Positions 29,326-39,085 of a stretch of DNA of 64,000 bases are shown piece by piece. Positions within the stretch are counted from its first letter, which is position 1. Each line of letters opens with the position of its first letter. The stretch lies in contig JAOGAX010000003.1 of NCBI GenBank assembly GCA_028144365.1, forward strand, positions 2,861 through 66,860, written 5' to 3'. This stretch comes from Aquiluna sp. (lineage in GTDB: Bacteria; Actinomycetota; Actinomycetes; Actinomycetales; Microbacteriaceae). The translations under genes and the position numbers were made by a program. The notes below the pieces were generated by a model. The model was not told the DNA's origin. It did no database searches and was given only the letters and a program-made list of their open reading frames with translations.

Positions 29326-29562
29326 ATGTTGCAGGCGACCCTCCAGCACCTTGTGCGAGCAATTGTCGACAATCCTGAGGATGCGACCGTTGAGCTTCGC
29401 ACTATCGCGAAAAGCGAGTTGCTGGAGGTTCGTGTGCACCCAGATGACCTCGGAAGGGTCATCGGCAAAGGTGGCAGAACTGCCACCGCGCTAAGGACGA
29501 TCATCAACGCCCTTGCCGGAGGCAAGCGCATTCGTGTAGACGTGGTGGATACCGATTACTAG
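29326..29562 (+). CDS. khpA: KH-domain RNA-binding protein
   Basis: DLGRVIGKGG GxxG loop; position between rpsP and rimM. Confidence 0.92.
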   Translation: MLQATLQHLVRAIVDNPEDATVELRTIAKSELLEVRVHPDDLGRVIGKGGRTATALRTIINALAGGKRIRVDVVDTDY

Positions 29563-30106
29563 CACCACCAAGCTTCGGGTAGGCCGCCTGCTCAAAGCGC
29601 ACGGCCTCAAAGGCGCAATCAAGCTAGAGCTCTACACCGACTCCCCAAACGAACGTTTCGCTCCAGGCACGGTGCTAGAGCTGCAGGTTCCTGAGGACTC
29701 GCCCTGGCATGGGAAAACAGTCAAGGTAACCGAACTTCGTTGGTATAACACCATGCCTGTCCTGTTCTTGGATGGCATCAACGACCGCAACCAGGCTGAG
29801 AGCCTTATCCGTGCAATTCTGCTTGTTGAGGCAGATCTTGATGCCAGTCCACCTGAGCCTGAGGCCTGGTATGACCACCAGCTGGTTGGCCTAAAGGTTA
29901 ACAGAGACGATGCAGAAATTGGCGAAATCGTGCGAGTTGACCACCTTCCAGCCCAGGACCTCCTTGCGATCAAGACGGACTCTGGCGAGGTGCTGCTGCC
30001 ATTTGTGAAGGCTTTTGTGCCAGAGGTTGATGTCCAGGCTGGCAAGGTAACCATTACTCCTCCTGGAGGCCTTTTTGAAGAGTTAGCTGAGCCAAATGAA
30101 GATTGA
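29555..30106 (+). CDS. rimM: Ribosome maturation factor RimM (non-canonical start, likely ATT 29555)
   Basis: Conserved [14 protein letters not shown] lies in frame upstream of the ORF-track start. No ATG/GTG/TTG occurs between in-frame TAG 29537 and this motif. PRC barrel with LPFV and PPGGL. Confidence 0.9.
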   Translation: MTSTTKLRVGRLLKAHGLKGAIKLELYTDSPNERFAPGTVLELQVPEDSPWHGKTVKVTELRWYNTMPVLFLDGINDRNQAESLIRAILLVEADLDASPPEPEAWYDHQLVGLKVNRDDAEIGEIVRVDHLPAQDLLAIKTDSGEVLLPFVKAFVPEVDVQAGKVTITPPGGLFEELAEPNED

Positions 30107-30779
30107 CGCAATCAGCATTTTCCCCGAGTTCTTTGATGTTTTGGAGATCTCGCTTTTGGGCAAGGCCCAGGAGTCTGGGCTGATCTCGTTTGAGGCTCAC
30201 AACCTGAGGGACTTCACTCACGATAGGCACAAGACCGTGGACGACACCCCCTATGGCGGGGGAGCGGGCATGCTCATGAAGCCAGAGCCCTGGGGCGAGG
30301 CTTTTGACCAAGTAATTGGCAAAGACTGTCCAGTTGTCATCTTCACCTCTCCTGCCGGAAAACCCTTCAATCAGGAGCTAGTCAGAGAGCTCTCCCAGAG
30401 AGATCACCTGGTTTTCGCTTGCGGCAGGTACGAGGGTATCGACCAGCGAGTGGTTGATTACGCGGGCACCGTTGCCGAAGTTCATGAGATTTCCATTGGT
30501 GACTACGTGCTAAACGGTGGCGAGGTTGCCGCTGTTGCCATGATCGAGGCCATTGCCAGACTGATTCCTGGGGTGATTGGAAACAATGAGTCGCTCACCG
30601 AAGAATCTCACAATGACGGTCTCCTGGAGGCCCCCAGCTACACCAAGCCACAAAATTGGCGTGGCCTGGAGGTTCCAGAGATGCTGCTTTCCGGACACCA
30701 TGCAGAAATCGAGAAATGGCGTAAGGCTCAGTCGCTTGAGCGCACCAAACAGAACCGGCCAGATTTACTCGATAAGTAG
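30096..30779 (+). CDS. trmD: tRNA (guanine-N1)-methyltransferase
   Basis: [21 protein letters not shown] and [11 protein letters not shown] motifs. Confidence 0.97.
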   Translation: MKIDAISIFPEFFDVLEISLLGKAQESGLISFEAHNLRDFTHDRHKTVDDTPYGGGAGMLMKPEPWGEAFDQVIGKDCPVVIFTSPAGKPFNQELVRELSQRDHLVFACGRYEGIDQRVVDYAGTVAEVHEISIGDYVLNGGEVAAVAMIEAIARLIPGVIGNNESLTEESHNDGLLEAPSYTKPQNWRGLEVPEMLLSGHHAEIEKWRKAQSLERTKQNRPDLLDK

Positions 30780-30799
30780 TTGCTGTTAGGCCCTTACTG

Positions 30800-30908
30800 T
30801 GGCAGAATTTGACGCTGTGCCCAGAGGCTCTGCCGCAGGGGAGCAAAGAGCACAAAATTAGAAACTATTTAGCCATTTAGACCTGCGCGCTAAAGGAAAG
30901 AGCAGAAA
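30800..30908 (+). promoter_or_regulatory. rplS promoter (TGnCAGAAT) and structured 5' leader
   Basis: TGGCAGAAT at 30800-30808. Two hairpins with complementary loops (CGCAGG / CCTGCG). Confidence 0.55.
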
Positions 30909-31259
30909 ATGCACATTCTCGACTCAGTTGATGCCAAGAGCCTCAGGAGCGACATCCCAGACTTCCGTGCCGGAGATAACGTCAAGGTTCACGTAAACAT
31001 CGTTGAGGGTAACCGCAGCCGTGTCCAGGTCTTCCAGGGAGTTGTAATCTCCCGCAGCGGCCACGGAGTTCGCGAGACCTTCACCGTTCGCAAGGTTTCT
31101 TTCCAGGTCGGCGTTGAGCGTACCTTCCCAGTACACAGCCCAGTTCTCGAGAAGATCGAACTGGTTTCCAAGGGAGACGTTCGCAGAGCAAAGCTCTACT
31201 ACCTTCGCAACCTTCGCGGCAAGGCTGCCAAGATTCGCGAGAAGCGAGAGAACGCCTAA
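30909..31259 (+). CDS. rplS: 50S ribosomal protein L19
   Basis: [17 protein letters not shown] and [10 protein letters not shown] motifs. Confidence 0.98.
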   Translation: MHILDSVDAKSLRSDIPDFRAGDNVKVHVNIVEGNRSRVQVFQGVVISRSGHGVRETFTVRKVSFQVGVERTFPVHSPVLEKIELVSKGDVRRAKLYYLRNLRGKAAKIREKRENA

Positions 31260-31273
31260 CTAAACTAGGCGTT

Positions 31274-32023
31274 ATGTCGTTTTCCGGGAGTCGCAGACCC
31301 CGCAGTAATTCCCTCTCAGCCCGTTGGCGCAGGTCATTCAGGCGCGCCCGGAAAAACGCCTTTCTCAGCTTCCTTATTGACTTCACGGTCATTGTGGGAA
31401 CAGCGCTTGTGCTCTCGGTTGTCATCAAAGCCTTTCTCATTCGCAGCTTTTTCATCCCATCAGGTTCGATGCTTGACACCCTCGAGATCAATGACCGAAT
31501 CATTGTCAATGTCTTAGCCCCAGAGGTAATGCCACTAGAGCGCGGTGACGTTGCGGTGTTCAGAGACCCAGGTGGTTGGCTGGGCGCCATCCCGACCCAA
31601 GAAAAGGACACCCTGACTGAGATCACGGACTTTGTTCTTGGCACCTTTGGAATAACAGCCCCCGACTCAGCTGAACACCTTGTGAAGCGAGTAATCGGGC
31701 TTCCCGGTGACAGGGTGGTCTGTTGTGATGCGGATGGAAAGCTGACCATCAATGGCGTTGCAATCGATGAGCCCTACGTCCGCGGAGACGCCGCTCCCTC
31801 AGAAGTCGTGTTTGATGTCACGGTTCCTGAGGATCACTACTGGGTGATGGGGGATAACCGTCCAAACTCCACAGACTCTCGGTATCACCAAGATCTCCCC
31901 ACAAAGGGCTTCGTCCCAGTCGAAGTGGTGGTTGGCAGGGCGTTTGTGGTGAGCTGGCCAGTGGAGAACTGGGAGTTTTTGACCAACTATCCAGAGACCT
32001 TCGGTGACGTTCCCAAGCCTTGA
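31274..32023 (+). CDS. lepB: Signal peptidase I
   Basis: IPSGSM, VKRVIGLPGD and MGDNRPNSTDSR motifs. Confidence 0.95.
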   Translation: MSFSGSRRPRSNSLSARWRRSFRRARKNAFLSFLIDFTVIVGTALVLSVVIKAFLIRSFFIPSGSMLDTLEINDRIIVNVLAPEVMPLERGDVAVFRDPGGWLGAIPTQEKDTLTEITDFVLGTFGITAPDSAEHLVKRVIGLPGDRVVCCDADGKLTINGVAIDEPYVRGDAAPSEVVFDVTVPEDHYWVMGDNRPNSTDSRYHQDLPTKGFVPVEVVVGRAFVVSWPVENWEFLTNYPETFGDVPKP

Positions 32024-32636
32024 CCTCGAGAAAGAGCTGCTAGAAAGCTTTGATGCCGTAATCGGCATAGACGAGGTTGGTCGCGGAGCACTTGCAGGAC
32101 CGGTTGGGGTGGGGGCATTCTTACTCACCCGAGAAATGCTCGACTCGTTGCCGGCATCAATCCGCGACTCCAAATTAATTGCGGAGAAAAAGCGCGCAGA
32201 GGTCGCTGAAGCGGTTATGAGTTGGGGCGAATCCGGCGTTGGACTTTGTCCCGTCAGCACAATCGAAGAGAAGGGCATCTCCTTCGCGCTAAAGATGGCC
32301 GCCCTCGAAGCCATCGAGAACCTAAGCCCCCAAAACGTCGTGGTCTTGCTTGATGGCTCTCACAACTGGCTTGGCGAAATTGGCGTAAAAGTTGTTGTCC
32401 AGACCAAGGCCGACAGGGACTGCGGCAGCGTTGCAGCAGCATCTGTCGTGGCAAAGGTGAAGCGTGATGCCCTAATGGCTGAGCTCTCCAAGGACTTTCC
32501 AGATTATGGCTGGGACTCCAATAAGGGCTATAGCTCCAATTCACACATCGAAGCCATCCAGCGGCTTGGCCCAACAAAGCATCACCGAACCAGTTGGCTA
32601 GAAAAAATCCTCAGTAAGGACCTAGGCCTTTTCTAG
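32004..32636 (+). CDS. rnhB: Ribonuclease HII
   Basis: GIDEVGRGALAGP, DSK, LDG, VAAASVVAK and NKGY motifs. Confidence 0.96.
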   Translation: MTFPSLDLEKELLESFDAVIGIDEVGRGALAGPVGVGAFLLTREMLDSLPASIRDSKLIAEKKRAEVAEAVMSWGESGVGLCPVSTIEEKGISFALKMAALEAIENLSPQNVVVLLDGSHNWLGEIGVKVVVQTKADRDCGSVAAASVVAKVKRDALMAELSKDFPDYGWDSNKGYSSNSHIEAIQRLGPTKHHRTSWLEKILSKDLGLF

Positions 32637-34729
32637 CTGCGCTCAAGAGCCTCTGCCTCCAGCTGGGCTAGCTTGGTTACAAGGCGCTCGTCGAGACCCT
32701 TTGCGATGAGCGACTGAGCTATGTCTCGAGCCTGTTTTATGAGCTCTGCGTCCTTGGTCACCTTTAGGAGCTTCAGCTGGCTTCTGCGACCTGATTGGTT
32801 GTCGCCAAGGACATCTCCCTCGCCGCGAAGTTCTAGGTCCAGCTCGCTCAGCCTGAAGCCATCTAATGTTCCAGCAATAGCCTCGAGCCGCTGGCTTGCA
32901 AGCGTCCCGGCCTCGGCGGAGGAGACCAGGAGGCAGATGCCTTTGTGCTCACCTCTGCCTACCCGGCCTCTAAGTTGGTGGAGCTGAGAGATACCAAAAC
33001 GATCTGCATCGAGTATCACCATGGCGGTGGCATTTGGAACGTTCACTCCAACCTCAATGACTGTCGTAGACACCAAAACATCCAGCTCACCTGCGGAGAA
33101 TGCCTCCATGACCGAAGACTTCTCCTCACTGGGTAGCTGCCCATGCAAGAGGCCGATTCTCCGACCCGCCAGGCTTGGGTTTCTCTGCAAGCTCTCAATG
33201 ACTTCTTCAGCCGCAGCCGGTGGAGTCTCGGATTCTCCCTCGATGCTGCCGTCATATTCGCTCCCGACAATTCGGGGACAGACAACAAATGCCTGCCTGC
33301 CCGCTGCAAGTTCCTCGGAGACTCTCGCCCAAACCCTCGAGACCAGTGTTGGCTGGCCGACCGGAACCACAAAGGTTTCAATCTCCTGCCTACCTGCAGG
33401 CAGCTCAGTGAGGGTTGAGATATCTAAATCTCCGAAGGTGGTGATGGCCACGGTCCTAGGGATTGGAGTTGCGGTCATTGTCAAGACGTGTGGCGGCTGC
33501 TTTGCCTTTGCCCTGAGCAGCTCTCGTTGCCCAACCCCGAACCTGTGCTGCTCATCGATTATGACAAGGCCGAGGTCAGCAAAGCTAACCTTCTCGGCAA
33601 TTAGGGCATGTGTCCCAATGGCCAGGAGGCTCTTCCCACTTGCAATATCCAGCATCGCGCGCTTGCGCTCTGGTGCAGAGAGTGAGCCCTTGAGCAGCTT
33701 CACTCCCAGTTGCCGGGTGAGATCTGGGCCAAGAGTCTTGATAGTGGAGTTGTAGTGCTGCTCGGCAAGAACCTCTGTCGGGGCTAAAAGCGCGGACTGG
33801 TGACCCTCAGAAGCTGCATGAAGCACGGTCCTGAGCGCAACGACCGTCTTTCCCGAGCCGACCTCGCCCTGCAGCAACCGGTGCATGGGGTGACCGGCTG
33901 ATAGATCGCCTGCAATTTCAGAAATTACCTGCTGCTGACCCTCGGTGTAGTCAAAGTCGAGTTGCTTATCAAACTGCAGCGCAAGCTGCGATTCACCAAG
34001 CACCAAGGCGGCATCTGTCTCTTTGGCGGCCCTGGATTGCAAGAGAGCCAACTGCAGCAAGAGCGCCTCGTGATACTTCAGGCTCTTTCTTGCTGCGAGA
34101 AAATCGCTATCGCGCTGAGGTAGGTGAATCTTGGTTATTGCTTCAGTGAGCGAGATCAGTTTGTCCTTGGCAAGAAGAGCCGGGTCCAATAGCTCCTCGA
34201 CGGTAGAAGATTCCAGAGCCAGTGCCACCGCCTTTTGAATCTTCCAGCTTGGGATAGTTCCGCTCGCTGGGTAGATCGGGATCGGCAGCTCGGCCCATGC
34301 CTTTGCCTGCTCCTCATCGGTCTCCTCGAAGAGTTCGTAGTCGGGGTGGGTGAGCTGCAACTTCCCTAAGAACATCCCTACCTTGCCCGAGAAGAAGCCC
34401 CTCATACCCTCCTTGAGCTGGTCCTTGCGCCAGGCCTGATTGAAAAAGGCCAGGGTCATCAGCGAGCTGCCGTCAGTAATCACTACCTCGAGAATGCTGC
34501 CAGCTCGACCCTTTGTGAAGCGAGATGAGACTTTTACAACCTCACCTACGACTGTCGCAACCTCGCCAACCGGAAGTGCAGAGATGTCAGTGAGTTGACC
34601 CCGCTTTGCATAGCGTCTGGGGTAGTGCTCTAGAAGCTCTCCCTCGAAGCTCAAACCTAGGTGACGCGCAAACGACTTAGCGGTGCGCTCTCCAAGGAGC
34701 TCACTGAGTTTTCTTCCCTTATCCAGCAC
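32633..34729 (-). CDS. recG: ATP-dependent DNA helicase RecG (start probably GTG 34729)
   Basis: QGEVGSGKT, DEQHRFG, TATPIPRT and QLRGRVGRG. The longest ORF would overlap the rsmD promoter. Confidence 0.96.
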   Translation of the reverse strand: MLDKGRKLSELLGERTAKSFARHLGLSFEGELLEHYPRRYAKRGQLTDISALPVGEVATVVGEVVKVSSRFTKGRAGSILEVVITDGSSLMTLAFFNQAWRKDQLKEGMRGFFSGKVGMFLGKLQLTHPDYELFEETDEEQAKAWAELPIPIYPASGTIPSWKIQKAVALALESSTVEELLDPALLAKDKLISLTEAITKIHLPQRDSDFLAARKSLKYHEALLLQLALLQSRAAKETDAALVLGESQLALQFDKQLDFDYTEGQQQVISEIAGDLSAGHPMHRLLQGEVGSGKTVVALRTVLHAASEGHQSALLAPTEVLAEQHYNSTIKTLGPDLTRQLGVKLLKGSLSAPERKRAMLDIASGKSLLAIGTHALIAEKVSFADLGLVIIDEQHRFGVGQRELLRAKAKQPPHVLTMTATPIPRTVAITTFGDLDISTLTELPAGRQEIETFVVPVGQPTLVSRVWARVSEELAAGRQAFVVCPRIVGSEYDGSIEGESETPPAAAEEVIESLQRNPSLAGRRIGLLHGQLPSEEKSSVMEAFSAGELDVLVSTTVIEVGVNVPNATAMVILDADRFGISQLHQLRGRVGRGEHKGICLLVSSAEAGTLASQRLEAIAGTLDGFRLSELDLELRGEGDVLGDNQSGRRSQLKLLKVTKDAELIKQARDIAQSLIAKGLDERLVTKLAQLEAEALERS

Positions 34730-34777
34730 AACACCATCTTGGAGCCTTGGCCCAAAGTATTTGGCTAGGCTCACCTT

Positions 34778-35347
34778 GTGAGCAGGATTATCAGTGGCTT
34801 AGCGGGCTCAATCAGGCTTGCGTCGGCTCCTGCCGGCACCAGACCTACCTCTGATCGCGTCAAGGAAAGCGTCTTTGCGTCTTTGGAGGCTGTAGGAGCT
34901 ATTGAAAATGCTGACGTGCTGGATTTGTTTGCGGGGACCGGAGCACTGGGTCTTGAGGCGCTATCTCGGGGAGCAAAGAGTCTTGTTGCCGTCGAGTCAG
35001 CCAGAGCTGCGCTCAATGTCTGCCTAAAAAACTCGGCAAGCGTTGGAACAGCACTCTCGGCCGCCGGAGCGCAACCTCCCATGGAGATAAAGCTCTCGGA
35101 CGCAGTTGCCTATCTAGCTTCAACCATCAAAGAATTTGACCTCGTCTTCGCAGACCCTCCCTATGACCTCGATGTGGCGGGGAAGCTTTTTGAGCGAGTA
35201 GGTGCCGTCTTGCGACCAAATGGACTATTCGTCTTGGAACTTTCGAGCAAGACAGAGAACCCAGCACTAGTTGAGGGAATTGAGCTTTCCAGCGAGAAGG
35301 CCTACGGCGACACCAAGGTCTTGATTTTTAGACTGACCGCTCAGTAG
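34778..35347 (+). CDS. rsmD: 16S rRNA m2G966 methyltransferase
   Basis: TRPTSDRVKE, DLFAGTGALGLEA and DPPY motifs. Confidence 0.95.
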   Translation: MSRIISGLAGSIRLASAPAGTRPTSDRVKESVFASLEAVGAIENADVLDLFAGTGALGLEALSRGAKSLVAVESARAALNVCLKNSASVGTALSAAGAQPPMEIKLSDAVAYLASTIKEFDLVFADPPYDLDVAGKLFERVGAVLRPNGLFVLELSSKTENPALVEGIELSSEKAYGDTKVLIFRLTAQ

Positions 35348-36608
35348 CTCCAATGTAAACCTGCTGCGGGCGACCGATTCGGGTGCTGTCATCGGCCATC
35401 ATTTCCCGCCAGTGAGCAATCCATCCCGGGAGTCTTCCGATCGCAAACATCGGGGTGAACATCTTTGGTGTGAAGCCCATGGCCTTGTAGATGACTCCGG
35501 TGTAGAAGTCGACGTTCGGGTAGAGCTTGCGCTCTGCGAAGTAGTCATCCTTGAGTGCTGCAGCTTCAAGCTGCTTTGCGATGTCTAGCAGCGGATCGTC
35601 AATTCCCAGCTCGTCAAGAACTTGGTCCGCCGTTGCCTTGACAATCTTGGCCCTAGGGTCAAATGACTTGTAGACGCGGTGGCCAAAGCCCATGAGCCTT
35701 ATGCCATCCTCTTTGTTCTTGACTCTTTCGACGTACTTTTCTACCGACTCACCTGAGTCTTGAATGAACTCGAGCATTTCCAAAACTGCCTCGTTTGCGC
35801 CTCCGTGGAGTGGGCCAAAGAGGGCGTTTACTCCGGCGGACACCGATGCGAAAAGGTTTGCGTTTGAGGAGCCAACCAGCCTCACGGTCGATGTGCTGCA
35901 GTTCTGCTCGTGGTCTGCGTGCAGAAGCAAGAGTGTGTCGAGTGCCTTTGTGACAATCGGGTTCTGGGTGTACTGCTCCGCCCTTGTTCCAAAGGTCATC
36001 ATGAGGAAGTTTTCAACCATCGACAGGGAGTTGTCCGGATACATCAGCGCCTGACCGACTGAGGTCTTGTGAGCGTAGGCGGCAATTACCGGCATCTTGG
36101 CAAGCAACCTGATGGTTGAGATTTCTACCTGCTCGGGGTCCTTTGGGTCTAGCGAGTCGGGGTAGAAGGTACTAAGCGCCGACACTGCAGCGGAGATGAT
36201 CGCCATCGGGTGAGCGCTTGGAGGAAATGCCCTGAAAAAGTCCTTTAGGTTCTCGTGAAGCAGGGTGTGCTTGCGAATTGTGTCATCGAATTTCGCAAAC
36301 TCCTTCTCGTTTGGTAGCTCCCCGTAGACCAGCAGGTGGGACACATCCAGGAAAGTCTCTTTCTCTGCCAGCTGCTCGATTGGGTAGCCGCGGTAGCGCA
36401 GAATGCCTGCCTCGCCGTCGATGTAGGTGATTGCGGAGGTGGTTGAGGAGGTATTCACAAAGCCCTGGTCGTAGGTGCTCATGCCGGTCGTGGCCATCAG
36501 GCCCTTGATATCAATACCGCTGGCACCATCAGTTGCTTTTACAACTGGAAGCTCTGCTTCTTTTTCGCCAACTCTGATTACTACCTTTTGGGTTTCAGCA
36601 GAAGTCAA
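35328..36608 (-). CDS. gltA: Citrate synthase
   Basis: HADHEQN, GPLHGGANE, GFGHRVY and YPNVDFY motifs. Confidence 0.97.
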   Translation of the reverse strand: MTSAETQKVVIRVGEKEAELPVVKATDGASGIDIKGLMATTGMSTYDQGFVNTSSTTSAITYIDGEAGILRYRGYPIEQLAEKETFLDVSHLLVYGELPNEKEFAKFDDTIRKHTLLHENLKDFFRAFPPSAHPMAIISAAVSALSTFYPDSLDPKDPEQVEISTIRLLAKMPVIAAYAHKTSVGQALMYPDNSLSMVENFLMMTFGTRAEQYTQNPIVTKALDTLLLLHADHEQNCSTSTVRLVGSSNANLFASVSAGVNALFGPLHGGANEAVLEMLEFIQDSGESVEKYVERVKNKEDGIRLMGFGHRVYKSFDPRAKIVKATADQVLDELGIDDPLLDIAKQLEAAALKDDYFAERKLYPNVDFYTGVIYKAMGFTPKMFTPMFAIGRLPGWIAHWREMMADDSTRIGRPQQVYIGATERSV

Positions 36609-36733
36609 AACGCAATCCCTCTCTTTGTTTTCAATAGCCTAAAGCACCATTGGCCCCTGCAAAAACCCAAGTATTTCACTTGTGAGTAGAGAAGAAATTT
36701 CTTGCGAGGAACTGGGCTTAGACTGAAAGAGAA

Positions 36734-37063
36734 ATGGACGAGAACGACTTCGAAGATTACGACCGCGATGCAGAGCTAAGCCTCTATCGCGAGTATCGCG
36801 ATGTAGTCAAAATGTTTCGCTACGTGGTTGAGACAGAGCGCCGCTTCTACCTGTGCAACGATGTCGAACTCAAGCGCATTGACACCGCCACAGACTTTTA
36901 CTTCGAACTCAACATGCAGGACGTATGGGTCTGGGATATCTACCGCACAGACCGCTTCGTCAAGCAGGTCAAGGTTATGACGTTCAAGGATGTCAACGTC
37001 GAGGAGATCGGAAGCCAGGAGCTAGAGATACCGGAAGAATTGGCAGTCGGAGATCAGCCCTAG
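36734..37063 (+). CDS. DUF2469 family conserved actinobacterial protein
   Basis: ELSLYREYRDV...VETERRFYL...WVWDIYR...TFKDVNVEE. Confidence 0.9.
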   Translation: MDENDFEDYDRDAELSLYREYRDVVKMFRYVVETERRFYLCNDVELKRIDTATDFYFELNMQDVWVWDIYRTDRFVKQVKVMTFKDVNVEEIGSQELEIPEELAVGDQP

Positions 37064-37072
37064 TTATCCACA
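37064..37072 (+). promoter_or_regulatory. Perfect DnaA-box 9-mer upstream of dprA
   Basis: TTATCCACA, intergenic, 63 nt before the dprA start; single copy, function unproven. Confidence 0.35.
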
Positions 37073-37135
37073 GCCTCGGCTAACACGTATCTAAAGCTCT
37101 CAAAACTGCTGCACCATGCCTCCGAGGAGGAACCC

Positions 37136-38149
37136 ATGCAGCTCACAAAAGACCAAGAACTCACAGTCCTGTGGTCAATGCTCCACGAACCAGGCGATGG
37201 AGTTGCAAGAGAGATATTTGATAGCCGCGGTCCAAAGGCCATTGAAGACTTTAGAACCCAAAAGGCCAGCAGGCTCTGGCCAGAGTGTGTGGGGGAGGAG
37301 TACCGAGCCCACATCCCAGAGCTTCTCGAGCGCATCGAGCTGCGGCTTTCGAAAATCAACCTCATCGAGCGCATCGAGCGTGGCATCCGCTGGAACGCAA
37401 GGATTTACTTTGAAGATTCCGATACCCAGCTATTTGAAAAACTTCGTGACCTTGGCCCCCACAGACCCTACCTGCTTTGGATCGCAGGCGATGCCGGCAT
37501 CCTGGCCGGGGAAACTGTTTCCATTGTTGGAACGAGAAACCCGTCAGCCACCGGACTCGCAAATGCCAAAAGACTCGTAGCTGAGCTAGCAAGCCCGGTG
37601 ATCTCAGGAGGGGCTGTTGGCATAGACGCCCAAGTTCACAAATCTGCCATCGACAGAGGTTTTAGGACCGCAGCGTTCATGGCAGGTGGTGTCGACAAGG
37701 CCTACCCCCAGGCCAACTGGGAGCTCTTTCACGACATGGTTCAGCGAGGAGGGGCACTAATCAGCGAAGCCTCCCCGGGAACAACCCCCTCACGTTTTCG
37801 CTTTCTACAGCGCAATCGTCTGATTGCCGCTGCCAGTAGCGCCACCTACATCGTTGAGGCCGGCTATCGTTCCGGAACCCGCAACACCGCAAATCATGCA
37901 AGGGTCATTGGCAGGGAAGTCTTGGCTGTGCCCGGCCCTTGGGCCTTTGCACCTGCCAGGGGAGCAAACGCCATGATTGCTGAAGGTCTCGCTCGCCCCT
38001 ATCCACTTACCAGCTTTCCCGTCGAGCTGAGCATGAACCAAAAACGGATTCAGGACGCGATGCGAGCGGGGGCGAGATTTCCAGATGAGATTGCGGCGGA
38101 ATCTGGGCTTAGCCTGGCAAGTGTTCTAGAGGAACTAAAGCCCGCCTAG
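37136..38149 (+). CDS. dprA: DNA-processing protein DprA
   Basis: IVGTR, SGGAVGID, FLQRNRLIAA, VEAGYRSG and AVPG; GGAGG SD. Confidence 0.93.
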   Translation: MQLTKDQELTVLWSMLHEPGDGVAREIFDSRGPKAIEDFRTQKASRLWPECVGEEYRAHIPELLERIELRLSKINLIERIERGIRWNARIYFEDSDTQLFEKLRDLGPHRPYLLWIAGDAGILAGETVSIVGTRNPSATGLANAKRLVAELASPVISGGAVGIDAQVHKSAIDRGFRTAAFMAGGVDKAYPQANWELFHDMVQRGGALISEASPGTTPSRFRFLQRNRLIAAASSATYIVEAGYRSGTRNTANHARVIGREVLAVPGPWAFAPARGANAMIAEGLARPYPLTSFPVELSMNQKRIQDAMRAGARFPDEIAAESGLSLASVLEELKPA

Positions 38150-38197
38150 TGCCTTTCTAATGGCCGAAGAGTAAGAACTCTCACATAGTCTTGAATC

Positions 38198-39085
38198 ATG
38201 GACCTAGACGGCGAACTGACTGGCTTTGCAGGCCATCTAGCGTCCCGTGGAACTAGCAGTAACACTCAAAAGGCCTACCTCTCCGACATGCGGGACCTAT
38301 TGGGCTTCCTTCACGATAAAAAGCGCGATCTGGACCTTGACGCACTTCGCGATTGGATGTGGCAAATGAGCGAAGCCGGTGCCACAAAAACCACGCTTTC
38401 CAGAAAGACCTCGACTGCAAAAGCCTTCACGCAGTACTTGTTTGAAAGAGGGAAGCTCGAATCCGATCCTGGCCTGAGACTCAGGGCGCCAAAGCTCGAT
38501 AGGGGGCTTCCAAAGGTTGCAACAGAGAAGAGCCTGGACGAAGTTTTCAGTCGACTGCAATTCTTGGCCACTGACGATAACCCCTCTGGCCAAAGAGATC
38601 TGTGCGCATTTGAACTTCTCTACGCCACCGGGATGAGGGTAAGCGAGCTAGCGGGCATAGACCTTGAGGACATCGACTACTCGAGGTCCCTAGTTCGGGT
38701 CACCGGAAAAGGAAATAAGCAGCGAATGCTGCCTTATGGTAGCTCTGCGGCTAGGGCCATAACTTCCTGGGTCAAGACCGGCAGAGATCAGTACCGCACT
38801 GATTCTTCACCCCAGGCACTGCTGTTGACATCTCGGGGCAAGAGGGTGGGAGTTAGGCAGCTCTACTCACTTGTCGCGGAGCAGCTAGCTGGTACTGCCA
38901 CCGGAAAAGCCGGCCCCCACACCCTGAGGCACTCTGCAGCTACTCATCTCCTGGACCATGGTGCCGACCTGAGGGCAGTCCAAGAGATTCTTGGTCACGC
39001 TTCCCTGGCCACCACCCAGATTTATACGCACGTCTCGGTTGACAGGCTGAGAAAGTCATTTGAGCAGGCACACCCAAGGGCCTAA
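38198..39085 (+). CDS. xerC: Tyrosine recombinase XerC
   Basis: GMRVSEL, GKGNKQR, HTLRH, LGH and TQIYTH; canonical position after dprA. Confidence 0.93.
   Translation: MDLDGELTGFAGHLASRGTSSNTQKAYLSDMRDLLGFLHDKKRDLDLDALRDWMWQMSEAGATKTTLSRKTSTAKAFTQYLFERGKLESDPGLRLRAPKLDRGLPKVATEKSLDEVFSRLQFLATDDNPSGQRDLCAFELLYATGMRVSELAGIDLEDIDYSRSLVRVTGKGNKQRMLPYGSSAARAITSWVKTGRDQYRTDSSPQALLLTSRGKRVGVRQLYSLVAEQLAGTATGKAGPHTLRHSAATHLLDHGADLRAVQEILGHASLATTQIYTHVSVDRLRKSFEQAHPRA

Noticed and set aside
28787-29531. Long antisense ORFs over rpsP (likewise 40064-40705 over rpsB)
   Set aside because: Shadow frames of low-complexity tails with no independent coding signal.
38198-39085. Phage/island integrase
   Set aside because: Sequence and dprA-xerC-M23-rpsB position fit housekeeping XerC; no att sites or cargo.
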